Origin: Bacteroidales bacterium
GTDB lineage: Bacteria > Bacteroidota > Bacteroidia > Bacteroidales > VadinHA17
Assembly: GCA_025454815.1 (NCBI GenBank)
Contig: JALONR010000014.1
Coordinates: forward strand, 2,473 to 66,472
Length of the DNA: 64,000 nt
Direction of reading: 5' to 3'
Part shown: positions 9,851 through 19,550 of the stretch, one piece after another
How positions within the stretch are numbered: position 1 is the stretch's first letter
How the letters are laid out: each line of letters starts with the position of its first letter
Notes under the pieces: generated by a model
Told to the model about the DNA's origin: nothing
The model's input: the letters and a program-made list of their open reading frames with translations, nothing else
Databases searched by the model: none
Position numbers and translations under genes: made by a program

Positions 9851-10374
9851 TAGGTGGAAAATACAGGGGGAGACTGATTGAGCCGCCATCAGGATTCAGG
9901 GCAAGGCCAACAACTGATTTCGCCCGCGAAAGCCTGATGAACATACTCAATAACCGTTATGACTTCGGAGAAGTATCGCTTCTCGACCTCTTCGGAGGAA
10001 CCGGAGCTGTCAGCTATGAATTTGCCTCCAGGGGAACCACAGATATCGACGTGGTTGAAACTGACAGGCGCAGCTGCGCATTCATCAGCAATACCTTCCG
10101 TGAACTGGGACTTGAGGGTGCACGGGTGCACCGTCTGGATGTGCGCGACTGGCTGAAGATATGCCGCAAACACTATGATATTGTTTTTGCTGATCCTCCG
10201 TACGAACTCAGATGGCTTCGCGAGATTCCGGAAATGGTGATGAGCTCCGGTGCAGTCAGCGACTCATCTCTATTTATCCTTGAACATCCCAGGACTCTGG
10301 ATTTTAAAAACAGTGACCGTTTCACCGAACACCGAAGTTACGGAAATGTGAACTTCTCATTTTTCAGGAAGTAA
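9841..10374 (+). CDS. rsmD: 16S rRNA (guanine966-N2)-methyltransferase
   Basis: (V)RIIGGKYRGRLI N-terminus, SAM motif DLFGGTGAVSYEFASRG and catalytic FADPPY. A GTG at 9841 is preferred over the GTG at 9814 because RsmD proteins begin with the RIIxGxxxGR motif. Confidence 0.85.
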   Translation: MRIIGGKYRGRLIEPPSGFRARPTTDFARESLMNILNNRYDFGEVSLLDLFGGTGAVSYEFASRGTTDIDVVETDRRSCAFISNTFRELGLEGARVHRLDVRDWLKICRKHYDIVFADPPYELRWLREIPEMVMSSGAVSDSSLFILEHPRTLDFKNSDRFTEHRSYGNVNFSFFRK

Positions 10375-10522
10375 ATCCTGTTTCAATTTACTATGCCGTA
10401 AGGCTTTAAAAAAAACATTAACATAACATTCACATTCTTTTTCGCATCTAAATGCGACAAAATCAAATTTTAGGGGTCTATTATTTGTATTGTTATTTTA
10501 TTAACGCTAATCTAAATCAAAG

Positions 10523-13500
10523 ATGGGAAAATTGCTATTGACAGTGCTGATCAACTGTACGCTGGTGTTTTCTGTATTAGGACAGCAGAAAACCGTTACA
10601 GGTGTGATCACGGACAAAACTGACGGACTGCCCGTTATCGGGGCAACCGTTCAGGTGAAAGGCACATCTGCCGGGACTGCCTCCGGCATCGATGGAAGCT
10701 ACTCAATCAATGCCTCCCCTGGCGACATTCTGGTCTTCAGATTCATCGGGATGAAGACTCAGGAGATCATCCTCGGCGAAAGCAGTGTAATCAACGTGGA
10801 GTTTGAATACGACAACGTGGGTCTGGACGAAATCGTTGTCATTGGTTACGGATCAGCCATCAAGCGCGAGCTGACCGGGTCCATTACGAAGGTTGAGACA
10901 AAGGGCATCGCAGAAATGCCTACAGCCAGCTTTGAATCAGCTATCCAGGGAAAGACCTCGGGTGTATTCATTGAGCAGGCAAGCGGCAAACTGGGGGAAA
11001 CCGTCAAGATGAGGATCAGAGGATCATCATCGGTTTCGGCAAATAACCAACCGCTCTATGTTGTCGATGGTGTACCAATAACAACTGAAAACCTCTCCAA
11101 CCCCGACAACCAGCCTACCAGCCCCCTTGCTGACCTGGCAATGACAGACGTTGAGTCAATCCAGATCCTCAAGGATGCTTCAGCAGCAGCCATTTATGGC
11201 TCAAGGGCATCAAATGGCGTCGTAATTATTACGACTAAGAGGGGAAAGACGGGCGAGACAAAATTTGATCTTCAATACACTACAGGGTTAAGTGAGCCCA
11301 GCAACCTCATCGAATGGTTGAATGCGGACCAGTACCTTGAGCTGTTTGGAGAAGCAATTGACAATATTACAGTCGACGGACTGGTCTGGGACTGGCTGCC
11401 AAAGGATGAGTTCATTGAATACTTTATCGGTCCGCTGTGGGACGACGGCTACGATGCAGACTGGCAGAAGGAAGCATTCCAGCGGGGTTCGGTAAACAGG
11501 GTCAACCTGTCAGCTTCGGGCGGAAGCGGTAACACAACCTTCTACTCCGGAGTAAGTTATGATGATACAAAGGGGATCCTTCGGGGAAACAGTATGACAA
11601 AGATGAGCGGCAGGCTTAATCTTGACCAGAAAGCATCAGAGAAACTCAGCTTTGGAGTTCAGATGAACCTGATAAGAACCGAGATGTTAAGGGTTGAGAA
11701 TGACAATGCATACTCCACTCCTCTTCAGCTTGTGGCGCAGACGCCCCTTACACCGGTAATAGACCCTGAAACGGGTGAGTATAATACCAACACAATCTAT
11801 TATAACGGTCTCATATCATTGCGTGACGGCTCCAACAATCAGACTTCATTCAGGAGCCTGGCAAATTTCTACGCTTCATACAACATTCTGAAGGACCTCT
11901 CCTTCAGGAGTGAATTCGGAAGTGACATTATGGATATGAGGGAGAAAAACTACTGGGGTCGGCTGACAATCACCGGCGGTCCTGCCGGTGAAGCCCAGAA
12001 CCGCTCTGTGAGGGTTGTGAACTATAACTGGGAGAACTACCTGACATATATAAAAACATTTGGCGTACACCATCTCAATATTGTAGGAGGTATGTCATAC
12101 CAGCAGTCGAATACCACAGGCTCAAATATACAGGCCAAGGGTTTCCCCACAGATGATTTCCAGAATATTGAGAATGCCGCGGAAGCAACCGCATTCACAA
12201 GCTGGGAAAACGCCAACTCTTACCTCTCATATTTTGCACGTTCAAACTACAAAATCAATGAGAAGTACTTTTTTACTCTCAGCGGGCGTGTTGACGGTTC
12301 ATCAAGGTTCGGCATTGACAATCGCTTCGGGTTCTTCCCTGCCGCATCAGCCGGGTGGATCCTGACACAGGAAGATTTCATGTCACGGATTACAGGAGTA
12401 CTCAGCTATCTGAAAGTGAGAGCCAGTTACGGGATAACCGGGAACTCCGGCATACCTGACTATGCACACCTTGCCCTTTATACAGGTGTCAACTATGCCG
12501 GCAGAAACGGCCTTGATGCAACACAGCTCCAGAGCCGGGAACTTGGCTGGGAAAATACAGCACAGGCAGACTTCGGTCTCGACTTCGGCTTTTTCAAGAA
12601 CAGGGTAACCGGTGAAATTGACTACTATCATAAGAAAACGACTGACCTGCTTCTGTATCGTACTCTGCCTTCGACATCAGGATTCACCGGTGTATGGAGC
12701 AATGTCGGGGAACTTGAAAACAAAGGGATCGAATTCTCCATCCACTCCAATAACCTGGCAGGAGGCTTTGTCTGGACTACCGACTTCAACATGTCCTTCA
12801 ACAGGAACAGGATCATTGATATAAATGGTCCGGAGATTACACCTAATGGAATCAACTATGTTATAGAAGGACAGCCTATCGGGGTTTTCAAGCTCGTAAA
12901 ATATGCCGGGGTTGACCCTGACAACGGTGATGCACTTTATTACCTCGGCCCCGACAATGATGAAACAACCAATAACTTTAACCTTGCCGAGCCTCAGATA
13001 GTAGGATCACCCAACCCGGATTTCACCGGTGGTTTTAACAACTACTTTGAATACAAGGGTTTCGATCTTAATGCCCTGGTAAGCTTTGTTTACGGCAACA
13101 AGGTTTATAACGGTGGCGGTATCTACCAGTCTGCCAACGCAGCATGGTTTGACAACCAGACCGTAGATCAGATGAACAGGTGGCAGAAACCGGGCGACAT
13201 TACAGATGTTCCTCAGGCACGTCTGGGTGAAAACAACGGGGTAAAAACCTGTAGCAGGTACCTCTATGATGGTTCATACATCAGAATCAGAAGTGTCAAC
13301 TTCGGATACAGTCTCCCAAAATCCCTTACTTCCAGGCTGAAGATGTCATCCGTCAGGGTCTACGCAGGTGTCCAGAACCTCTATACTTTTACCAATTACA
13401 AGGGATGGGACCCCGAAGTAAACTACACCGGCACCGGTCGTACCACGCAGAATACTAATATCATACAGGGATATGATTTCTATACTGCTCCGCAGGCAAG

Positions 13501-13534
13501 AACATACACCCTCGGTATAAACCTTTCATTCTAA
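10523..13534 (+). CDS. SusC/RagA family TonB-linked outer membrane protein
   Basis: 1003 aa. Signal peptide, carboxypeptidase-regulatory-like domain (VTGVITDKTDGLPVIGATVQVKG), DEIVVIGYG TonB box region, NQPLYVVDGVP plug motif and C-terminal ...YTLGINLSF. Confidence 0.93.
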   Translation: MGKLLLTVLINCTLVFSVLGQQKTVTGVITDKTDGLPVIGATVQVKGTSAGTASGIDGSYSINASPGDILVFRFIGMKTQEIILGESSVINVEFEYDNVGLDEIVVIGYGSAIKRELTGSITKVETKGIAEMPTASFESAIQGKTSGVFIEQASGKLGETVKMRIRGSSSVSANNQPLYVVDGVPITTENLSNPDNQPTSPLADLAMTDVESIQILKDASAAAIYGSRASNGVVIITTKRGKTGETKFDLQYTTGLSEPSNLIEWLNADQYLELFGEAIDNITVDGLVWDWLPKDEFIEYFIGPLWDDGYDADWQKEAFQRGSVNRVNLSASGGSGNTTFYSGVSYDDTKGILRGNSMTKMSGRLNLDQKASEKLSFGVQMNLIRTEMLRVENDNAYSTPLQLVAQTPLTPVIDPETGEYNTNTIYYNGLISLRDGSNNQTSFRSLANFYASYNILKDLSFRSEFGSDIMDMREKNYWGRLTITGGPAGEAQNRSVRVVNYNWENYLTYIKTFGVHHLNIVGGMSYQQSNTTGSNIQAKGFPTDDFQNIENAAEATAFTSWENANSYLSYFARSNYKINEKYFFTLSGRVDGSSRFGIDNRFGFFPAASAGWILTQEDFMSRITGVLSYLKVRASYGITGNSGIPDYAHLALYTGVNYAGRNGLDATQLQSRELGWENTAQADFGLDFGFFKNRVTGEIDYYHKKTTDLLLYRTLPSTSGFTGVWSNVGELENKGIEFSIHSNNLAGGFVWTTDFNMSFNRNRIIDINGPEITPNGINYVIEGQPIGVFKLVKYAGVDPDNGDALYYLGPDNDETTNNFNLAEPQIVGSPNPDFTGGFNNYFEYKGFDLNALVSFVYGNKVYNGGGIYQSANAAWFDNQTVDQMNRWQKPGDITDVPQARLGENNGVKTCSRYLYDGSYIRIRSVNFGYSLPKSLTSRLKMSSVRVYAGVQNLYTFTNYKGWDPEVNYTGTGRTTQNTNIIQGYDFYTAPQARTYTLGINLSF

Positions 13535-13546
13535 CTCCAAACAGTA

Positions 13547-14995
13547 ATGATCATGAAAAATATAATTATCAATACCAGAAAATTGTTACTGCTGGTTCCG
13601 ATATCTGCGCTGCTCTTCTCCTGCACAGAGAAGCTTGATCTCATGCCAAAACAGTCAATTGATGCTGAGGTGGCACTTACAACACCCTCAAACATAAAAG
13701 CGACTCTTGTTGGCGCCTATCTTGACGGCAGGAGTGAATATATTTTCGGAACAGCATTCAATGAATTCAGTGAGCTCTATGCATCCACCGGGGATATGCT
13801 CTTTCTCGGAACCTATGAGGAACCGCGTGAATTCATTCAGAAAGAAGCCACGGTTACCAATGCTTATGTGGAAAACGCCTGGGTACAGTCTTATAAGCTG
13901 ATAAATACCTGCAATACGCTTCTCGATCCTGAAATCCTTGCCATCCTTGATGATGAAGACCGTGATCTGGTCGAAGGTGAGGCCCGTTTCCTGAGAGGAT
14001 GGACATACTTTGAGCTTAGCAGGTTTTTCGGATTGCCTTATGAAGCCGGTACTGCAAACACGCAGCCGGCCGTGCCTCTTGTGCTCACTCCCACCAGTGA
14101 TGTGGCCGATGCTGTTAATGTTCCGAGGAATACTGTGGATGAGTGCTATGCCCAGGCCCTGGAAGACCTTACGGCTGCACGTGACTTACTCCCGCAAGAT
14201 AACGGCGTCTATGCCTCATCGCTTGCGGCAAGGGCGATCCTTTCCAGGGTATATCTCCAGATGGGAAATTATGCAGGCGCTGCTGCTGAAGCAAACATCG
14301 TTATCCAGAGCGGGCTGTTCGCCCTTACGAACACACCCCTGAAAGCGTTTAACAACAGCAGTAATTCACCGGAAGACATCTTTGCATTTCAGAACAACGT
14401 TGCGTCAAACAACCCCTGGCTGGCCGTTATGTATGCTTCACTCAACGGAGCCGGCAGGGGAGATTATGAGATACAGCAGGTGTTCCTCGACAGGTTTGAT
14501 CCCTCTGACCTGCGCGGCATGTTCCAGGAGAATACAGAGTCCTTCTATACCATCGACAATATCAGCATGATGTATTATAAAGGGGTTGGCACTATTGTCA
14601 ACAGCAACGGAATAAATACATCCAAATGGGGTAATTATTATACGAACATTAACCTGATAAGGCTTGCTGAAATGTACCTTACAAGAGCCGAGGCCAATTT
14701 TGAAGACCCCGGAGCTGATGTCGGCCCGAACACCCCGACCCAGGATATCAATGTCATCCGCGAAAGAGCCAATGCTCCGCTTTATACAGCTCCTGTTACA
14801 AGGCAGCAGATTCGTGAAGAACGCTACCTGGAGCTTTGCTGGGAAGGATTCCGGCTGCATGACCTGAAAAGATGGAAGCAATCCATCGGCGGATATGAAT
14901 ACAATGCAGGCAACCTTATTCTTCCGATACCTTTCAGGGAGATGGAGGTCAACGATCTGCTTGAACAGAATTCATGGTACTCCGGAGGCAAATAA
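13547..14995 (+). CDS. SusD/RagB family nutrient-binding outer membrane lipoprotein
   Basis: 482 aa. Lipoprotein signal (LLFSC), TPR-like helical body, and C-terminal ERYLELCWEGFRLHDLKRW motif. Lies directly downstream of SusC. Confidence 0.9.
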   Translation: MIMKNIIINTRKLLLLVPISALLFSCTEKLDLMPKQSIDAEVALTTPSNIKATLVGAYLDGRSEYIFGTAFNEFSELYASTGDMLFLGTYEEPREFIQKEATVTNAYVENAWVQSYKLINTCNTLLDPEILAILDDEDRDLVEGEARFLRGWTYFELSRFFGLPYEAGTANTQPAVPLVLTPTSDVADAVNVPRNTVDECYAQALEDLTAARDLLPQDNGVYASSLAARAILSRVYLQMGNYAGAAAEANIVIQSGLFALTNTPLKAFNNSSNSPEDIFAFQNNVASNNPWLAVMYASLNGAGRGDYEIQQVFLDRFDPSDLRGMFQENTESFYTIDNISMMYYKGVGTIVNSNGINTSKWGNYYTNINLIRLAEMYLTRAEANFEDPGADVGPNTPTQDINVIRERANAPLYTAPVTRQQIREERYLELCWEGFRLHDLKRWKQSIGGYEYNAGNLILPIPFREMEVNDLLEQNSWYSGGK

Positions 14996-15015
14996 GCAGA
15001 AGATCACCTATCAGA

Positions 15016-15047
15016 AAAAGGAGGGTTGCAGCAGCTTCCCTCCTTTT
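15016..15047. terminator. Bidirectional rho-independent terminator candidate
   Basis: 10-bp stem aaaaggaggg / ccctcctttt with a 12-nt loop, flanked by T-runs on both strands. It lies between the convergent SusD and the Mo-hydroxylase gene. Confidence 0.6.
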
Positions 15048-15052
15048 CTTGT

Positions 15053-17311
15053 TCAATTCGTCATGCGCTTCTGACGTTTAGGCCGCTTCAGTCTCCTCCC
15101 CTTCACCTGACCTTCCGGACTTTCGGGTTTATGACCTTCGGACATCAGACCTTCTGACCTCAGACCTTCTGACACTGCTATTGCCTTCAGCACTCTTTCC
15201 GGGGTGAAAGGTACCCGGAAAAGTCTTGCTCCTGTTGCGTCAAAGATGGCGTTGCCTACGGCCGCTCCCACTCCTATAATGGCCGGCTCACCTCCCCCCT
15301 GCGGTGGCTGATCCTGTCTATCCATAATTACACACTCAAGCTTTGGAAGCCATGAGAATCTTGGGATATCATAACTGTCAAAATTCCTGTCTTTTATGTT
15401 ACCACCCTCAAACCTGAGTTCCTCGGCAAGGGTATAACCTAGTCCCATTGTCAGGCACCCCTCCATCTGCAGCAATGCTCCCTGCGGATTGACGCACAGA
15501 CCCATATCCTGGGCACATGTCAGCCTCACCACCTTCACTTTACCGGTGGTGGTATCCACTTTCACCTCCGCGATATGGGCAACCCATGTACCGGCATCCG
15601 TACCGCACGAGATTCCTATCCCGCGTCCTGACGGTGTTTTTCCGGGGATATAGCCGAACCTGTCAGCCACAGCCTTCAGCACAGCAATCATCTTTTCGTC
15701 CTTCAGGTTCCTGAGTCTGAACTCCAGCGGATCATTACCTGCAGCCGCAGCCATTATATCAATCTGCGTCTCCCTGGCAAAGGTGTTGGTGTTGTTGTTG
15801 GGGGCACGCCACGCACCGGTGGCAAAGGGGTGAACCCTGTATTTCGTCCGGTCCTCCCTGTAGTTTGTGATCTTAACGTTAGGAATGTCATATGTGGCCT
15901 CCGAGCCACGGGTGCCTGCAAGGAAGATATTGTAATCCCACATCATGATCTTTCCTTCCTTATCCAGGCCTGATTTAACCCTGATCACAGAAGCCGGGTG
16001 GAAGGAGTCATACATAAACTCCTCTTCTCGTGTCCAGGCAACCATTACAGGCCTGCCGGTCATGCGGGCCAGCCTGGCAGCTTCAACTCCCTGCTGTGAC
16101 GGGCTCTTTCCGCCAAACCCGCCACCCACATGCGGTGTTATCACCCTCACGTTTTCAAGGCTCGTTCCAAACTCCCTTACCAGGGTATCCTGCAGTCCGA
16201 AGGGCGACTGCGTGGAGGCCCAGACTGTCAGTTTCCCGTCCTCCCAGCGGGCAAGTGCGGTGTGCGGCTCAATTGGTGCATGTGCCAGGTAGGGATCATG
16301 GTACTCATGTTCAAATAGTCTATCACACTGTTGCGGTGCTGCCATCATGTCCCCCGCCTCTGTCACTGTATTTTCCCGGTATTCCCCGCGGGTTATGTAT
16401 TCAAAGATTGTTGAATCACTTACATTCAGCTCATCAAAAGAGTATTCAGCGTTGATACGTACAACAGCCAGATCGGCAAGATCACGGTTCTCACTGACCA
16501 CGGCGATGAAGTCACCGTCACGTAACACCTTTACCCCTTCAATGGCCTGTGCAGCCGAGAGATCAACCGATACCAGCCTGGCGCCGTGTGATGGCGGTCT
16601 CAGGATGCGTGCATGCAGCATTCCCGGAAGAACCAGGTCTCCTGTATATTTTGCCCTACCGGTGACTTTGTCAAAAGCATCACTATGTTTCAATGGCCTG
16701 CCTACAATGGTATACTCGCGGTAATCTTCAGGGAGAGGCTTAACATCAAGGTATCTCTCAAGCTTCTTCCCCTTTGCCAGTTCTGCATAGGATACACTGA
16801 CAGAGGGGTTACCCTTCTCTGCCACTTTGCCGTCAATAACCTCCAGCCGGCCAGCTTCAATACCCAGCTTTTCCGAGGCCATCTCTGTCAATACTGCCCT
16901 GGCTTCGGCCAGTGCAGCTCTCATTGCCGGGCCAAAGGCCCTGGTGGTCAGGGATCCCCATGTACCGGCATCCCAGGGGCATAGCTCCGTATCACCCATT
17001 ACCATTCTGACGCTTTTCAGAGGTATGTTAAGTTCTTCAGCCATCATCTGGGCAAGAGAGGTGATAATACCCTGCCCCATCTCAATCTTCCCGGTGAAAC
17101 AGCTTACCGTGCCGTCTTCTGCAATATGCAGGAAAGCATTGTAGTCCTTTGTCAGGGTCCTGCGCTGCTCCGCCGGCAGGGCCATGAGGTCAAGTGCACT
17201 CCAGGGGGCAAAAAAGAGGACAATGCCTCCACCCAGGGCCTTTACAAAACTCCTTCTTTTCATCCCGCGGACAGATGAAGGATTCTTTCCGGTGGTCATT
17301 TCTTTCTTCAT
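15053..17311 (-). CDS. Xanthine dehydrogenase family molybdopterin-binding subunit (aldehyde oxidase/IorB-like), TAT-exported
   Basis: 752 aa. Twin-arginine signal (MKRRSFVKALGGG), and conserved aldehyde oxidase/xanthine dehydrogenase a/b hammerhead and Mo-binding regions (GGGFGGK, GEPAIIGVGAAVGNAIFDATG). It has an atypical repetitive and basic C-terminal tail (see findings). Confidence 0.88.
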   Translation of the reverse strand: MKKEMTTGKNPSSVRGMKRRSFVKALGGGIVLFFAPWSALDLMALPAEQRRTLTKDYNAFLHIAEDGTVSCFTGKIEMGQGIITSLAQMMAEELNIPLKSVRMVMGDTELCPWDAGTWGSLTTRAFGPAMRAALAEARAVLTEMASEKLGIEAGRLEVIDGKVAEKGNPSVSVSYAELAKGKKLERYLDVKPLPEDYREYTIVGRPLKHSDAFDKVTGRAKYTGDLVLPGMLHARILRPPSHGARLVSVDLSAAQAIEGVKVLRDGDFIAVVSENRDLADLAVVRINAEYSFDELNVSDSTIFEYITRGEYRENTVTEAGDMMAAPQQCDRLFEHEYHDPYLAHAPIEPHTALARWEDGKLTVWASTQSPFGLQDTLVREFGTSLENVRVITPHVGGGFGGKSPSQQGVEAARLARMTGRPVMVAWTREEEFMYDSFHPASVIRVKSGLDKEGKIMMWDYNIFLAGTRGSEATYDIPNVKITNYREDRTKYRVHPFATGAWRAPNNNTNTFARETQIDIMAAAAGNDPLEFRLRNLKDEKMIAVLKAVADRFGYIPGKTPSGRGIGISCGTDAGTWVAHIAEVKVDTTTGKVKVVRLTCAQDMGLCVNPQGALLQMEGCLTMGLGYTLAEELRFEGGNIKDRNFDSYDIPRFSWLPKLECVIMDRQDQPPQGGGEPAIIGVGAAVGNAIFDATGARLFRVPFTPERVLKAIAVSEGLRSEGLMSEGHKPESPEGQVKGRRLKRPKRQKRMTN
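15113..15172. repeat. Tandem repeat, period 15 nt, 4 units, inside the 3' end of the Mo-hydroxylase gene
   Basis: Units 15113-27, 15128-42, 15143-57 and 15158-72 encode PESPE / SEGHK / SEGLM / SEGLR. The last two units differ at two positions. Confidence 0.75.
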
Positions 17312-17799
17312 TTTCCTTTCCCTCCCCTGATTTTTACTGCAGCATCTTCAACTGCATCAATAATCCTTGTATGGGCACCGCACCTGCACAGGTTTTCTTC
17401 AAGGCCGGCTGCAATCTCATCACGTGTCGGCGAAGGATTTTTTCCCAGAAGCCCGACGGCTGTAACTATCATGCCCGGAGTGCAGAAACCGCACTGAAGG
17501 GCATCATGATCTATGAAGGCCTGCTGTACCGGGTGAAGCTCTTCTCCCTCCCCGAGGCCTTCAATGGTGACAACACTCTTACCTGCAACATCACTCACAG
17601 GTATCATGCATGATCTCACTGGCTCATTGTCGATCAGCACCGTACATGAACCGCAGAATCCTATTCCGCAGCCGAACTTCGTACCGGTAAGACCGAAATG
17701 ATTCCTCAGAACCCAGAGAAGGATCTGGTTCGGATCATTGACCAGCTCCGTATCTCTGCCGTTCAGTTTGAACCGGATTGTCTCTTCCATAATCTTCAT
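17308..17799 (-). CDS. (2Fe-2S)-binding small subunit of Mo-hydroxylase
   Basis: 163 aa with CGIGFCGSCTV, CGFCTPG and CRCGAH cysteine motifs typical of XdhC-type/CoxS-type iron-sulfur subunits. There is a 4-nt overlap with the large subunit. Confidence 0.92.
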   Translation of the reverse strand: MKIMEETIRFKLNGRDTELVNDPNQILLWVLRNHFGLTGTKFGCGIGFCGSCTVLIDNEPVRSCMIPVSDVAGKSVVTIEGLGEGEELHPVQQAFIDHDALQCGFCTPGMIVTAVGLLGKNPSPTRDEIAAGLEENLCRCGAHTRIIDAVEDAAVKIRGGKGK

Positions 17800-18386
17800 G
17801 TTTTACTTATCTCGTTCATGTAATCTTCCTGTGTATCTATATCCCTGAGTACTGAGGGATCATCGGTGTCTGATTCAAGAACATCGTCAGGGTGCCTCTC
17901 CGCAAGTGCCCTCAGTCCTTCTTCCTCCGGAAGCGAAAGCACCTCTTCAAGGTATTTCATGTCTACAATCAGCGGGTGCCCCCGCTTTCCGTTACACGCA
18001 GCCATTACCAGACCCCTGTCACTCTCCAGGAAACTGCTTATGACCCTGTTTATCTCACCGGGACCTGTCATGGGCTGGTCACCTGGCATAATGAGTGCCG
18101 CCAGGCATCCATCAGGCAGGGAATTGAACCCGCACCTGACCGATGAAAGCATTCCGCTTTTGTAGTCCTCGTTATAACAGTGGAATACATCATACCTGCG
18201 GGTGACCTTCATAATCTCCTCCCTGTTGGCGCCCACGACTACCACAACCCTGTCAACGTTTGCAGCCGTCAGGTTTCGGATGACCTGTTCAATGATTGTC
18301 ACATCATTGTATGGAAGCAGCATCTTGGGTGATCCCATTCTCCTTGATTCTCCCGCTGCCAGCACTATCGCCCATATCCCTGTCAT
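17796..18386 (-). CDS. MobA-like nucleotidyltransferase (molybdenum cofactor cytidylyltransferase MocA-like)
   Basis: 196 aa. N-terminal AIVLAAGESRRMG motif, and operon context with xdhC and the Mo-hydroxylase subunits. Confidence 0.8.
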   Translation of the reverse strand: MTGIWAIVLAAGESRRMGSPKMLLPYNDVTIIEQVIRNLTAANVDRVVVVVGANREEIMKVTRRYDVFHCYNEDYKSGMLSSVRCGFNSLPDGCLAALIMPGDQPMTGPGEINRVISSFLESDRGLVMAACNGKRGHPLIVDMKYLEEVLSLPEEEGLRALAERHPDDVLESDTDDPSVLRDIDTQEDYMNEISKT

Positions 18387-18436
18387 TGTTCAACCCGGGG
18401 TTATTCTTAATACTCATGTTTTAGCTGGCGGTGGCT

Positions 18437-18464
18437 GACTGCCGACTGCCGATTGCCGATTGCC
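18437..18464. repeat. Heptamer tandem repeat (gactgcc x2, gattgcc x2)
   Basis: Four contiguous 7-nt units in the 84-nt spacer between the xdhC stop and the mocA-like start. Confidence 0.8.
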
Positions 18465-18470
18465 AGCCTG

Positions 18471-19535
18471 TTAATTCGTCTTACCTCTGCATATTATTAG
18501 TTGCGCTGCAATGCTGACAGCAATTTCCTCAACCGTCACCGACTCTATCTCAATCCCGATAGGGGTACATACCTTCTCCCACTGTTCCTGCGTGGCCCAG
18601 CCATTTTTTATGAAATCCTCATGTATTTTCGCCACCTTGGCCCTGCTGCCCATCATACCGACATAGCCTGCCTTTGATCCGATACACGCTCTGAGCGCCT
18701 CAGCGTCGTGGCTGTGACCCCTGGTCACAATGACAACATAGGTATCCTTATCCTTGGGCAGCTCATTCATTGCCAGTCCGATATCATGCACAATTATTTT
18801 ATCGGCATCCGGCAGATTTTCTTTGTTCGCGAATTCCGGCCGGTCGTCTATGACGGTGACTTCAAACCCCAGCAGTCTCCCCTGGTGAGAGACAGCTTTC
18901 CCAACATGGCCGGCGCCGGCTATTATTAGTTTTTGCGGTGGAAAAACCGGTTCAAGGAATACTTTTGCCCCTTGCTGTTCTCCCGGGATGGTCACGTCCA
19001 GATGCCTGTATCCGGCCCTGTTGCCTGATCCGAGGATCTTTTTTACCTCCTCTGCAATTATCATGGCATCGTTTCCCGGAAGATGCCATTCACATTCTTC
19101 CGTGGCCCAGCATCTCTTTATAAGAACCTGTGCGTCATTCCAGGGAACAACCCTTGTTACCAGGACACCCGGCCTGCCATCAGTGAGGCTTTTCTCCATT
19201 TCTGTGAATACCTGCAAATGTGCCAGGGGATCACTGTCGACCAGTATTGTGATAATTCCTCCGCAAACAGCATCATCTACGTCTGAAGTCTCCTGGGCAA
19301 GGTTGAACCTGAGCAGTGCCGATTCCTTTCCATCCACACAACGAGCCGCACATTCTGCAATCCTGTTTTCAATGATCCCGCCGCCAACAGTCCCGGCGAT
19401 GAGCTTTCCATGTTGAAACAGGGCCGAGCTACCCGGCTTTTGTGGTGTTGAACCGCTGGCAGCGGTTACGGTTGCAAGGACCAGTCCGGGAACGGCACTC
19501 TTTTTCTCAGTGAGTTGCAGGTAAATGTTCTTCAT
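18471..19535 (-). CDS. XdhC/CoxI family Mo-hydroxylase maturation protein
   Basis: 354 aa. N-terminal XdhC_CoxI-like region (LATVTAASGSTPQKPGS) and C-terminal Rossmann-like IIAGAGHVGKAV. Confidence 0.85.
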   Translation of the reverse strand: MKNIYLQLTEKKSAVPGLVLATVTAASGSTPQKPGSSALFQHGKLIAGTVGGGIIENRIAECAARCVDGKESALLRFNLAQETSDVDDAVCGGIITILVDSDPLAHLQVFTEMEKSLTDGRPGVLVTRVVPWNDAQVLIKRCWATEECEWHLPGNDAMIIAEEVKKILGSGNRAGYRHLDVTIPGEQQGAKVFLEPVFPPQKLIIAGAGHVGKAVSHQGRLLGFEVTVIDDRPEFANKENLPDADKIIVHDIGLAMNELPKDKDTYVVIVTRGHSHDAEALRACIGSKAGYVGMMGSRAKVAKIHEDFIKNGWATQEQWEKVCTPIGIEIESVTVEEIAVSIAAQLIICRGKTN

Positions 19536-19550
19536 AGTAAGGCTTCAGAA

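Noticed and set aside
10441-10460. Small hairpin tcgcat-ctaa-atgcga downstream of rsmD as a terminator
   Set aside because: It has only a 6-bp stem with no following T-run, which is too weak to call.
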